A stretch of DNA of 64,000 nt from contig JAGPBF010000001.1 of NCBI GenBank assembly GCA_018063505.1, positions 7,724 to 71,723 of the forward strand, written 5' to 3'. Positions 1 through 9,481 of the stretch are shown here, in pieces. Within the stretch, counting starts at the first letter, position 1, and the number at the start of each line of letters is the position of its first letter. The notes below the pieces were generated by a model, which was given only the letters and a program-made list of their open reading frames with translations, did not search any database and had not been told where the DNA came from. Source of the stretch: Rhodoferax sp. Its GTDB lineage: Bacteria; Pseudomonadota; Gammaproteobacteria; Burkholderiales; Burkholderiaceae_C. A program made the translations under genes and the position numbers.

Positions 1-152
1 CCCTCCCGGTCGAAACTGCGGAACTCCGATGCCAGATCCACCGTATGGCCGGCCAGGTGCAAGGCGTCCATCAACAGACGCGCCACGCGGCGGTCGCCGG
101 ACGGGGTTGGATGGTTGGGCGCCTTCAAAGGCGCATAAAACGCAATGCGCAT
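1..152 (-). CDS. GT4-family glycosyltransferase, N-terminal part (runs off window start)
   Basis: Not in the ORF track. Manual translation from ATG at 152 gives MRIAFYAPLKAPNHPTPSGDRRVARLLMDALHLAGHTVDLASEFRSFDRE, an N-terminus I recognise from GT4 proteins. Same strand as the two upstream GTs. Confidence 0.8.
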   Translation of the reverse strand, partial: MRIAFYAPLKAPNHPTPSGDRRVARLLMDALHLAGHTVDLASEFRSFDRE

Positions 153-299
153 GGTTCATTGTAGAAGTGGGCCAGCGCCGGTTTGCGCGGGTCCGGACCC
201 GTACAATCCGCCGCTCCGGGCCGAGGCAGGCCCTTGCCTGCGATCCCTTCCAATCCCAGCCAGCAGGGCCGACGGCCCTGCACAACCGGCCTGAACCTG

Positions 300-2201
300 A
301 TGTGCGGACTCTTTCTCATCGTTGAACGCAGCAGTCCGGTGGCGCTGGAGCGTGCCCGCAAGGCGACAGAGGCGTTGCGGCACCGCGGACCCGATGGCAT
401 CGGTCAGTCGGAGTTCAGCTGGACCTTGCCCGGCAGCTCAGGCCCGGTGACGGTATCGGGCTACCTCGGCCATACCCGGCTGGCGATTCTCGATCCGCGC
501 GCGCGGTCGGACCAGCCATTGCGCCGCGGCCGCCACACACTGGTCTACAACGGCGAGGTGTACAACTTCCGGGCACTGCGCGCAGAGCTCGCCCGCAAGG
601 GCGCGGATTTCGACACTGACGGCGACACCGAGGTATTGCTGAGCCTGCTGGCCCACGACGGCATTGCGGGCCTGAACCGTGCCAACGGCATGTGGGGCCT
701 GTGCCTGCTCGACCAGTCCAGCGGCACGATCACGGCGACGCGCGACCGATATGGCAAGAAGCCGCTGTTCTGGTTCCAGGATTCCGAGCGGCTGTGCCTG
801 TCCTCCGAGATCGGCCCGATCCTGTCCTATCTGCAGCAAAGCCCCAGCTTCGTATCGACCGACCTGGACAACTACCTGCAAGGCGGATGGTGTTACCCGC
901 ACGCCGATGGCAGCACCCACCTGCAGCATATCCGCCAGGTGGTTGCCGGCAGCGCGCTGGTGTTCGACCTTGCCCACTGGAGCCGCAGCGTCCAGACCTG
1001 GTTTGACCTGCCCAGTCATGTCGCGCACGGAGACAGGGAGCCCGCGCAACTGGGCGCGCTGGTCCAGGACGCTGTCAGTGCCCGGCTGGTTGCCGACCGG
1101 CCGGTCGGCCTGTTGTTGTCCGGTGGCGTGGACAGCTCCTTGATCCTCTCGGTGCTGGCCCACCAGGGCCTGACCGAACAGGTCACCTGCTTCACCGGGG
1201 ATGCCGGCAAGAGCGATGACGCGCGGTACGCCAAAGCCTGCATCGCGCAGTTGGGCATTCGCGCCGTCAATCTGCCGCTGGACTACGGCAGCGCCGGCAT
1301 GGACAGCTTTCTGCAGGTGTGCCGGCACCAGGAAAAGCCGTTTCCATTCATCGGCAATGCGCTGGCAATGCCGCAGTTGTACGCGCATATCGCCGCGCAC
1401 AATGTTCCGGTGGTGCTGGACGGCACCGGTGGCGACGAGATCTTCGCCGGTTACTGGGACCGGTATTTCCGCTTTGCCGCAGCACAGGCCATGGCCCGCG
1501 ACGATACGATTTGGCGCGATCAGGTATTGCAGGCCAACGCAGACGATCCGCGCACGCTGGCCATCGTCGAGCAGGCATTTGACTGGTGCACGCGCGCCGG
1601 GTCGACGAACACCACGGCGCCGGCGCTGCGCCGCGAATCCGACGATCCACCCGACATGGACCAATTCGTGCACCCGGGCGTGCTTGCAGCAAAGGGTTGC
1701 GACCCGCTGCGCGATTTCCGTGGCGACCTGACGCAGGCGCTGGTTCTCGATGCTGGCGCCGGCAGGTTGCATGAGTGGTTGTGGCAGAACGACCGCAACG
1801 CGATGATGTCGGGCATCGAAAACCGCAGCCCGCTGCTCGACTACCGGCTGGCGCCATACATGGCCAGTGGTTACGCGAACAAGTTCGTCGGCCCGTGGAA
1901 CAAGCATGAACTGCGTTCGGTATTTCCGCTGGGTTTGCCGACGCAGTGGCGCCGCGACAAGCAGGGATTTCGCTGGCTTTACCACCGCTTTCTGCGCCAC
2001 AACCGCGACCAGGTTTTGCAACTGGTGGCGGCATCAAGAATCCTGCCCGAACGCGTCGACGTCGGGCGGTTTCTGGATGCCGCACGCCGTGACGACCACT
2101 ACCTCGGTAGCAGCCTGCTGCACCGCATGTTGTGTATTGCCGGGCTGGAGCAGACCTGCGGCTTCAAGGGCATCGCCAGTCCGTCGCACGCGCCGGACTG
2201 A
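300..2201 (+). CDS. asnB: Asparagine synthetase B-like glutamine amidotransferase (polysaccharide/glycan amidation type)
   Basis: True start MCG at 300 gives the Ntn Cys1. Motifs GHTRLAILD, NGEVYNF, RDRYGKKPL, LLSGGVDSS, DGTGGDEIFAGY and ENRSPLLD are present. Confidence 0.9.
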   Translation: MCGLFLIVERSSPVALERARKATEALRHRGPDGIGQSEFSWTLPGSSGPVTVSGYLGHTRLAILDPRARSDQPLRRGRHTLVYNGEVYNFRALRAELARKGADFDTDGDTEVLLSLLAHDGIAGLNRANGMWGLCLLDQSSGTITATRDRYGKKPLFWFQDSERLCLSSEIGPILSYLQQSPSFVSTDLDNYLQGGWCYPHADGSTHLQHIRQVVAGSALVFDLAHWSRSVQTWFDLPSHVAHGDREPAQLGALVQDAVSARLVADRPVGLLLSGGVDSSLILSVLAHQGLTEQVTCFTGDAGKSDDARYAKACIAQLGIRAVNLPLDYGSAGMDSFLQVCRHQEKPFPFIGNALAMPQLYAHIAAHNVPVVLDGTGGDEIFAGYWDRYFRFAAAQAMARDDTIWRDQVLQANADDPRTLAIVEQAFDWCTRAGSTNTTAPALRRESDDPPDMDQFVHPGVLAAKGCDPLRDFRGDLTQALVLDAGAGRLHEWLWQNDRNAMMSGIENRSPLLDYRLAPYMASGYANKFVGPWNKHELRSVFPLGLPTQWRRDKQGFRWLYHRFLRHNRDQVLQLVAASRILPERVDVGRFLDAARRDDHYLGSSLLHRMLCIAGLEQTCGFKGIASPSHAPD

Positions 2202-2230
2202 GCACAGACCGCCGCTGCCGTCACCAGCCG

Positions 2231-3502
2231 TCAGGCAGCCTGGTCGTCGGGTGTCGGACGCAGGCCGAATTTGCGCGCCAGCCGCGCGATGTTGGACGAC
2301 AGGCCGAACGCGGCGTTCACCCGCATGCGCCCGGCCGTTCCCAGCGCCAGGCGCCGCTGCGGATCACGGATCAGCGACTCCAGCGCCAGGGCCAGCGCCT
2401 GCGCGTCCTGCGGCGGCACCAGCAGGCCGCTCTGTCCGTCGACAATGAGCTCGTGGATCGCGGAAACGTCGGTTGCGACACAGGCGACGCCCTGGCTCTG
2501 GGCTTCCATCAACACGTTTGGAAGCCCGTCGCGGTCACCGTCGCCGGCGATCCGGCTAGCCAGTGCAAACAGATCCGCATTGCGATACAACGCAATGACC
2601 TGTTGCTGGGCCAGCGCGCCTCGCCATTGGATGCGCTCGCTCAGCCCGAGCGAGCGGGCCTGGGCTTGCAGTGTCTTGCGCAGCGGCCCGCCGCCGACAT
2701 GGTCCAGCCGCCAATGCAGGTCGGGCGGCAACAGGGCCAGCGCCTGCAGCAGGATGTCGGTACCCTTTTTCTCGACCAGTCGGCCGACCGACATCAGCAC
2801 CACCGGATCGTCGAGCGCAGTGCCGTCACGCGCGGCGCGTTCTCCGGGGTCGGGCGCAAACCGCTGCAGGTCCAGCCCGTGGTAGACCAACTCGACGCGA
2901 CCGGCAGGCGCCAGCGTTGCAAGGTAGTCGCGGTTGGTGGCCGTGCAGGTCACCTGCCAGTCGCACGACGCCAGCTTCTCGCGCAACTCCCATTGCGGCG
3001 AGGTCCAGATGTCCTTGGCGTGGGCCGAGCCAGACCACGGCAGGCCGCGCACCATCGCCGCATACCGCGTCACCGAGGCCGGCGTGTGCAGGAAATGCGC
3101 ATGCAGGCGCACCACATCGGCCGGCAGCTCGGCCGCCAGCACCAGCGCCTGGCCGAAGCGCCGGCCGCGATTGGCGCTGCGGTCTCGCCACCAGTCACGC
3201 AACCACTGGCCACGTGCGGCGCCATAACCTGGCAGACGGCGCACACGCCACCAGGCACGCAGCACCCGCAACGGGTCGTTGTAAAGGTATTCCGGCAGGT
3301 ATACGACCGGCGCCTTGATCTCGGCATGGATGGGGTGGACCTGGCTGTCGGTCGGATGGCGCAACGACACGATCAGGATCGGCAGGCCAAGACGCTCAAG
3401 CGCTGCGATCTCCTGCGCGATGAAGGTCTCGGACAGGCGGGGATAACCCTTGAGGACAAAGGCCACACGGCCCACGCCCGATACCACTGGCCGTTCAGCC
3501 AA
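2231..3502 (-). CDS. GT4-family glycosyltransferase
   Basis: Motifs KGYPRLSETFIAQEI, SVGRLVEKKG and DRDGLPNVLMEA. TTG start overlaps the upstream stop. Confidence 0.9.
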   Translation of the reverse strand: MAERPVVSGVGRVAFVLKGYPRLSETFIAQEIAALERLGLPILIVSLRHPTDSQVHPIHAEIKAPVVYLPEYLYNDPLRVLRAWWRVRRLPGYGAARGQWLRDWWRDRSANRGRRFGQALVLAAELPADVVRLHAHFLHTPASVTRYAAMVRGLPWSGSAHAKDIWTSPQWELREKLASCDWQVTCTATNRDYLATLAPAGRVELVYHGLDLQRFAPDPGERAARDGTALDDPVVLMSVGRLVEKKGTDILLQALALLPPDLHWRLDHVGGGPLRKTLQAQARSLGLSERIQWRGALAQQQVIALYRNADLFALASRIAGDGDRDGLPNVLMEAQSQGVACVATDVSAIHELIVDGQSGLLVPPQDAQALALALESLIRDPQRRLALGTAGRMRVNAAFGLSSNIARLARKFGLRPTPDDQAA

Positions 3503-4718
3503 TACGCGTCACCACGTTGTCGACCTCGTCCTCGGGGCGCTGTATCCAGGGCGCGACCAGCTTGGCCACGTTGGGCAGGCCTTCGAGCAGGCCCGGCACG
3601 ACAACACTGGACGGCAATGCCTGGCGCGGCAATGCGCGCAGGGCTTCGGCCATGACCTCGGGATCACGCGCACCGTCCTCGAGCAACATGCTCACCAACC
3701 CCAGGCTGGCAGCACTCGAGGCGCGGATGAACTGTTCCAGCCGCGGCTTGGTGCGTGGAATGATCAGCGCGCGCTTGTCGAGCGACAACACCTCGCAGAA
3801 GGTGTTGTAGCCGCCCATGGCTACCACGCCGCTGGCACCGGCAACCAGCGCCTCGAGATTGCTGTGGAAGGTGATCGCATCGACGCGCTTGAGTTTGGCG
3901 GCGCGGTTCATGAACTCGGTCTGCCTCTCCGGCTGCATGAAAGGGCCCAGCACCATCAATGCCGGGTACGGCAACAGTGGGTCGTGTTCGTATGCGCGCA
4001 GCACCCAGTCGATCAGTTCCTCGCCATCGCCACCGCCACCGGTCGTGACCAGGATGTAAGGCTTCTTGGTGATGTCGGGCATACGCGGCGGTGCGCCGGC
4101 CGTCGACACCTCGCGGGCAAGATAACCGGTATAGGTGATCTTCTTGCGTACGCTGGCCGGCAAGGTGATGCCCGCCAGCGGCTCGCAGATCTGGGGCAGG
4201 CCATAGATCCAGATTTCGTCGTAAAGGTCGCGCAAGGCCGGCAACACCTTCTTGCGTTGCCATTCAGGAACCAGCAGCTTGGGTTCGTCCATGACATCGC
4301 GCAAGCCCATGACCAGCCGGGTGCCGCGCTGCTTGAGCATCTTCAGGGTCTCGAGAACCTCGCCGCGCAGGCCCAGCGGCTCCTTGTCGACGATGAAGAT
4401 GTCCGGATCGAACATCTCGGCCGTGTGCTTGATGATCGAGGCGCGCATCTCCAGCATCTGGTCGACGTCGATATGCAGGTTCAGCGGCGTGTATTCGCCA
4501 TTGCGCAGCTTGACCACGCCGGGCACCCGGACGAAATCGACCCGCGAGCGAAAATCGAAACTCCCGATGATGGGCGAACCCGACAAGATCAGCACCGACA
4601 GGTGTTTGAACCGATCGACCAGCGCATGTGCAATGGTGCGACAGCGTCGCAGATGCCCCAGGCCAAAGGTATCGTGGCTGTAGATCAGGATCCGGGTATC
4701 TTTGCGGTCTCGCTCCAT
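3495..4718 (-). CDS. GT-B fold glycosyltransferase (GT28 C-terminal-like)
   Basis: Motifs RILIYSHDTFGLGHLRR, VTTGGGGDG and MGGYNTFCE..PR..EQ. GGAG lies 6 nt before ATG 4718. Confidence 0.85.
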   Translation of the reverse strand: MERDRKDTRILIYSHDTFGLGHLRRCRTIAHALVDRFKHLSVLILSGSPIIGSFDFRSRVDFVRVPGVVKLRNGEYTPLNLHIDVDQMLEMRASIIKHTAEMFDPDIFIVDKEPLGLRGEVLETLKMLKQRGTRLVMGLRDVMDEPKLLVPEWQRKKVLPALRDLYDEIWIYGLPQICEPLAGITLPASVRKKITYTGYLAREVSTAGAPPRMPDITKKPYILVTTGGGGDGEELIDWVLRAYEHDPLLPYPALMVLGPFMQPERQTEFMNRAAKLKRVDAITFHSNLEALVAGASGVVAMGGYNTFCEVLSLDKRALIIPRTKPRLEQFIRASSAASLGLVSMLLEDGARDPEVMAEALRALPRQALPSSVVVPGLLEGLPNVAKLVAPWIQRPEDEVDNVVTRIG

Positions 4719-4963
4719 CATGCTCTCCAATCGAATCGTCTCGCCAGGCTGAATGGTTGTTGTCGTGCCCGCGGATGGAGCGAAGCGGGATTATAAGACT
4801 GCACTTTTTGCACCGGACTGGGCCAGTGGGCGTGCAGCCGGGTGCCCGGCGGGGCCATCAGGCGTTAGCATTGCACGATGCCCGCCTACAGCCCTTGCCC
4901 CTGCCACTGCAACCCGCTGCGGCAGGTGCTGTCGGACGCGTTGCGTTGACTGGATCGTCCCCT

Positions 4964-6679
4964 GTGCCATTGGCCATCGCGTCCCGTCTGCGTGAGTGGA
5001 GCAACCCGGCCGGCATTCGCCGGATCCGCCTGTACTCGGGCTTGATCCTTTTCACCTTTGTCAGCAGCCATCTTCTGAACCATGCACTGGGACTGATTTC
5101 GCTGCAATCCATGGAGGCGGGTCGATGGCTGTTCATCGCCATCTGGCGCAATCCGGTCGGCAGCGCTCTTTTGCTCGGCGCAGTATTGGTGCATCTGGCG
5201 CTCGCCTTCTGGGCAATCTATCTGCGCCGCCATTTGCGCATGCCGCTGTGGCAGGCGGTGCAGCTGGGCCTGGGCCTGTTCATTCCATTGGTACTGGTAC
5301 ACCACGCGATATTCACCCGCGCCGCTGCGATGGCGCACGACTACCAGGACTCCTACACGATGCTGGTGTTGCTGTTCTGGCAATTGCGGCCCGATCTGGG
5401 CCTGTGGCAAAGCGTGCTGCTGCTGGCGGCATGGACCCACGGTTGCATCGGCATCCACTACGCACTGCGCATGCGCCCCGGTTACCACCGTTGGGCGATG
5501 GTGCTGTACACGCTGGCGATCCTGGTTCCGGTGCTGGCATTGCTGGGTTTTGCACAGGCCGGCAGATATGTATCGACACTGGCCAACGACCCCAGCTGGT
5601 TGCGCCAGACGATTGCCGATGCCCAGGTACCGGATGCGCTTGCATTGGCGGCGCTCTATGAGACCCGCGACGCGATACTGGTTGCGTTGGCAATCCTGCT
5701 GGGCATGACGCTGCTGGCACGCGGCCTGCGGTATTGGCACGAGGCCGGGCGCTCGGTACGGATTCGTTACCCGAACCAGCAAGTGGTCACGGTGCCCAAG
5801 GGGTTCACGGTGCTCGAAGCCAGCCGCCAGGCCGGCATCGCCCATGCGTCGGTGTGTGGTGGGCGCGGCCGATGCTCCACCTGCCGGGTCCGTGTCGACG
5901 CGCCGGACGGTGGCCTGCCCGAGCCCCGTGCAGCTGAAGCGCGGGTGTTGGCGCGGGTGGGCGCGCCAGCCAATGTCCGGCTGGCTTGCCAGTTGCGCCC
6001 GCAACTCGACATCCGCGTCACGCCGCTGATTCCGCCCAGTATCCCGCCGGCGCTGGCATTGACGCAAGGACAGGTGATTGCCGGCGAGGAACGCGACGTC
6101 TGCATCCTGTTCGCCGACCTGCGTGGCTTTACCAGCCTGTCCGAACGCCGGCTGCCGTACGACGTGGTGTTTCTGCTCAATCGCTATTTCGACGCAGTCG
6201 GGCAAGCCATCGAAACAGCCGGTGGCGTGGCCAACCAGTTCACGGGTGATGGCGTGATGGCGCTGTTCGGCCTGCAAGGCGGGCTCAAGGCAGGCGCCCG
6301 TGCTGCCTTGCAGGCCGCGGCGGGCATGCACAAGGCGATCGAAGAGCTGAGCGCCGACCTGCACGAGGAGCTCGCAGAGCCGCTGCGGCTGGGCATCGGC
6401 ATCCACTGCGGGTCAACCGTCGTCGGCCACATGGGCCGCGGCGTGGCAACCTACCTGACCGCTGTCGGGGACGTCGTGAACACCGCCAGCCGGCTGCAGG
6501 ACATGACCAAGAAATTCCAGTGCCAGCTGATCGTATCGGCGCCAGTCGCGGAGCATGCGGCACTGGACGCTGCAGGGCTGCAGCGCGAGCAGATCACGGT
6601 GCGCAACCGCGAACAGCCGATCACGATCATCATCGTTCCGACGGTTCAGGACATTCGCCTGCTGTCGATTCCGGCTTGA
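4964..6679 (+). CDS. Membrane-bound class III nucleotidyl cyclase with His-rich TM domain and 2Fe-2S ferredoxin domain (CyaC-like)
   Basis: About six TM helices with His (SHLLNH, VHL, VHH, THGCIGIH), ferredoxin CGGRGRCSTC...RLAC, and cyclase motifs FADLRGFT, FTGDG and GDVVNTASRL. Start uncertain; GTG 4964 chosen. Confidence 0.85.
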   Translation: MPLAIASRLREWSNPAGIRRIRLYSGLILFTFVSSHLLNHALGLISLQSMEAGRWLFIAIWRNPVGSALLLGAVLVHLALAFWAIYLRRHLRMPLWQAVQLGLGLFIPLVLVHHAIFTRAAAMAHDYQDSYTMLVLLFWQLRPDLGLWQSVLLLAAWTHGCIGIHYALRMRPGYHRWAMVLYTLAILVPVLALLGFAQAGRYVSTLANDPSWLRQTIADAQVPDALALAALYETRDAILVALAILLGMTLLARGLRYWHEAGRSVRIRYPNQQVVTVPKGFTVLEASRQAGIAHASVCGGRGRCSTCRVRVDAPDGGLPEPRAAEARVLARVGAPANVRLACQLRPQLDIRVTPLIPPSIPPALALTQGQVIAGEERDVCILFADLRGFTSLSERRLPYDVVFLLNRYFDAVGQAIETAGGVANQFTGDGVMALFGLQGGLKAGARAALQAAAGMHKAIEELSADLHEELAEPLRLGIGIHCGSTVVGHMGRGVATYLTAVGDVVNTASRLQDMTKKFQCQLIVSAPVAEHAALDAAGLQREQITVRNREQPITIIIVPTVQDIRLLSIPA

Positions 6680-6728
6680 TGCCGATCGACCCGACGCCGA
6701 CGCCAAGCGTCACCACACTGCGCCAGAT

Positions 6729-7676
6729 CTACTGCTCCAATCGGGCCAGTTGCGCCCGCAATGCCGGCAAGGCGGCCAGCATTGCCACCCGCCCGGCCTC
6801 GATGGACCGTCTGCGGGCGGTGAAGTCGGCACTGCCGATATCCTTGAGTACCGGCCGCACAACGACATCGGCACCGTGCAGCTCCAGTGCGTTGATGCTC
6901 TTGCTCATGATCGAGAACGTCTGCATCAACACTTGCAGCATCCCGTCAACGCCACCGGTCTGCGGTGCGCTGGAAATGTCGACAGCGATAACCAGATCGG
7001 CCCCCATGTCACGGGCAAAACGCACCGGCACCGGTGCGACGAGGCCACCATCCACATATTCGCGTCCACCGATACGCACCGGCTGGAAAAGCGCCGGAAT
7101 GGCGCTGGATGCGCGCACCGCCAGACCGGTATCGCCGCGCCGGAACAGCATGCTGTCGCCGTTGCCCAGATCGGTGGCGACGATGCCCAAGGCCATCGGC
7201 ATCGCCTCGATCGGTTTGCGGTTGACCTGGCTATTGACATAGCGGGCGATGGCGTCGCCGCGCAACACACCGCGACGAAACAGCGGCAGAGTCCAGTCGG
7301 TCAGGCTGGCCTCCTCCATGTCTTCGGCGATCTGCTGAAGCTGCGCGCCGCTACGCCCACTGGCATAGATCGCGGCCACCAGGCTGCCGGCGGAGGTTCC
7401 CACAACCAGCGAAGGCCGGATGCCGGCCTCCTCCAGCACCTGGATCACGCCGACATGGGCAAAGCCCCGAGCGGCGCCTCCACCCAGTGCCAGCCCGATG
7501 CGAGGTGCTGGTTTGGGCGGTGGAACCACAACAACAGGGGGCGGAGCTGGTGGGTCCTGCCGTGGCGGTGATGCGCAGCTGGCCACCAGCAGGGCCAGGC
7601 CAATCATCCACAGGCCGCGACTGCGTACGGTGCGGACACGGCGAACCGGCGGGCAAACTGAAGGTGCTTCAGCCAT
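6729..7676 (-). CDS. Patatin-like phospholipase, predicted lipoprotein
   Basis: GGGAARG, GTSAG and DGG catalytic motifs, plus lipobox VASC. Confidence 0.9.
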   Translation of the reverse strand: MAEAPSVCPPVRRVRTVRSRGLWMIGLALLVASCASPPRQDPPAPPPVVVVPPPKPAPRIGLALGGGAARGFAHVGVIQVLEEAGIRPSLVVGTSAGSLVAAIYASGRSGAQLQQIAEDMEEASLTDWTLPLFRRGVLRGDAIARYVNSQVNRKPIEAMPMALGIVATDLGNGDSMLFRRGDTGLAVRASSAIPALFQPVRIGGREYVDGGLVAPVPVRFARDMGADLVIAVDISSAPQTGGVDGMLQVLMQTFSIMSKSINALELHGADVVVRPVLKDIGSADFTARRRSIEAGRVAMLAALPALRAQLARLEQ

Positions 7677-7743
7677 GGCAAACCGGGTCAGCCAGAACTG
7701 ACATTGACAACAACATCACATCCAACAAGGGAGTGTTATTAGG

Positions 7744-7757
7744 AATGATTCGCGTTT
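7744..7757 (+). promoter_or_regulatory. Fur-box-like site
   Basis: AATGATTCGCGTTT (2 mismatches to AATGATTCTCATTT) in the AT-rich region upstream of the Fe3+-binding protein gene. Confidence 0.5.
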
Positions 7758-7817
7758 GCTTTATGATACTGACTGAAGCCTGTCTTTTCCTGTTCACTGT
7801 TTCAACCCATTTTCACA

Positions 7818-8861
7818 ATGTTTATCAAACCCCTCATCGCTGCCAGCACCGTGTTGCTAGGCTTGTCCATCAGCCACGCCCAGACCTCGGAACTCAATAT
7901 TTATTCGGCCCGGCACTATCCGACCGATGAAGCGCTGTACACCGACTTCACCAAGTCCACCGGCATCAAGATCAACCGGGTCGATTCCGACGATGCCGGT
8001 ATTCTCGCCCGCCTCAAGGCCGAGGGCACGGCATCTGCGGCCGATGTCATCCTGCTGGTCGATGCAGCCCGGCTGTGGCGTGGCGAGTCCGACGGCCTGT
8101 TCCAGGGCATTCGCTCGACCACGCTGGAAAACGCGATTCCGGCGAACCTTCACAGCCAGCCAGACGAGAAAGGCAACATTGCCTGGTTCGGATTCTCGAC
8201 CCGCGCCCGCGTCATCGTCTATGACAAGGTTCGCGTGAAGCCACAGGACGTCGACAGCTACGAAAAACTGGCAGATCCGCAGAACAAGGGAAAGATCTGC
8301 ATCCGCTCCGGCTCACACCCGTACAACCTGTCGCTGTTCGGCGCCGTCACCGAACACATGGGTGAGCAGAAGGCCGAACAATGGCTGCGTGGCATCGTTG
8401 CCAACCTCGCCCGTTCACCCAAGGGCGGCGATACCGACCAGATCAAGGGTGTGGCGTCAGGCGAATGTGCCATTGCAGTGTCCAACTCCTACTATCTGGC
8501 CCGCATCATGCGTTCGGATGCGCCCGAGAACAAGGCCATCATGGACCGGGTCGGCGTCGTGTTTCCTAACCAGTCGAGCTGGGGCACCCACGTCAACATC
8601 GCCGGTGGAGCGGTTGCACGCAATGCCAAGAACCCGGCCAATGCCGTCAAGTTCCTGGAATACCTTGCCAGCCCCGCGGCCCAGAATCACTTTGCCAATG
8701 GCAACAATGAGTGGCCTGCAGCCAAGGGCATTGCGATCAACAACCCGGCCCTCAAGTCGATGACCGGTGGCGCATTCAAAAGTGACGACACGCCGATCAG
8801 CAAGATCGGCATGAACCAGGTCAAGGTCCAGCAAATGCTTGACCGGGTCGGCTTCAAATAA
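7818..8861 (+). CDS. Fe(III) ABC transporter periplasmic binding protein (FutA/FbpA type)
   Basis: Signal peptide, then ELNIYSARHY, GLFQ, GFSTRARVI, SNSYY and HVNIAG. Confidence 0.9.
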   Translation: MFIKPLIAASTVLLGLSISHAQTSELNIYSARHYPTDEALYTDFTKSTGIKINRVDSDDAGILARLKAEGTASAADVILLVDAARLWRGESDGLFQGIRSTTLENAIPANLHSQPDEKGNIAWFGFSTRARVIVYDKVRVKPQDVDSYEKLADPQNKGKICIRSGSHPYNLSLFGAVTEHMGEQKAEQWLRGIVANLARSPKGGDTDQIKGVASGECAIAVSNSYYLARIMRSDAPENKAIMDRVGVVFPNQSSWGTHVNIAGGAVARNAKNPANAVKFLEYLASPAAQNHFANGNNEWPAAKGIAINNPALKSMTGGAFKSDDTPISKIGMNQVKVQQMLDRVGFK

Positions 8862-8873
8862 GCAAGCCGATCT

Positions 8874-8906
8874 GCATCGGGCAGTGCGTTGCACGGCGCC
8901 CGATGC
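8874..8906. terminator. GC-rich hairpin after the Fe-binding protein gene
   Basis: GCATCGGGC/GCCCGATGC inverted repeat with inner GTGC-gtt-GCAC. No U tract. Confidence 0.35.
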
Positions 8907-8983
8907 CGCATCCTCCATCCTGATCCCTCCTTCGCCTGCTGCATGAAGAGCGTAACGCCGCGCGGGTGCCGCACAATCGGGGC

Positions 8984-9469
8984 ATGAAGTTACTACCGTG
9001 GGTACTGATGGCAAGCGTCGCGCTGCCGCTTGCTGTGCTTGGCGCCGGACGGGCCGGATGGCTCGCCGGCTCGCCGCCGCCAAATCTCGGCGTCGTTAAC
9101 GGCCGGCTGGCCCCGCCTGCCAAAACACCCAACAGCGTGTCCAGCCAGGCCGATCTCTATCCCGGACATCCGCAACTGGACTATGCACGTATCGCACCGC
9201 TGGCGTTTGCCGGTGACGGGCCAGCCGCGATGGCGCGGCTGGCAACCGTGATCCGACACATGGACGGTGCCCACATCGCGCGCGAGAAACCCGACTACCT
9301 CTACGCGCAGTTCCGCACGCCGTGGCTGGGATTCGTCGACGACGCAGAGTTCTGGCAGGACCCGGCTGCGGGCGTCATACAACTGCGCTCGGCCAGTCGG
9401 CTCGGCAATTCCGATCTGGGCTTGAATCGCCAGCGGATCGAAACCATCCGCCAGCTTTTCAAACCCTGA
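8984..9469 (+). CDS. DUF1499-family protein
   Basis: N-terminal TM, then GRLAPPAKTPNSVSSQ, GFVDDAEF and RSASRLGNSDLGLNRQR. Confidence 0.8.
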   Translation: MKLLPWVLMASVALPLAVLGAGRAGWLAGSPPPNLGVVNGRLAPPAKTPNSVSSQADLYPGHPQLDYARIAPLAFAGDGPAAMARLATVIRHMDGAHIAREKPDYLYAQFRTPWLGFVDDAEFWQDPAAGVIQLRSASRLGNSDLGLNRQRIETIRQLFKP

Positions 9470-9481
9470 CCGGCCCTCCCA

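Noticed and set aside
438-3655. Long ORFs 438..2021(-) and 2132..3655(+)
   Set aside because: Antisense shadows of asnB and the GT4 gene, expected in high-GC DNA; no family motifs.
4628-4963. N-terminal extension of the cyclase ORF
   Set aside because: Overlaps the divergent GT start and promoter, and the sequence is not protein-like; the real start is likely near 4964.
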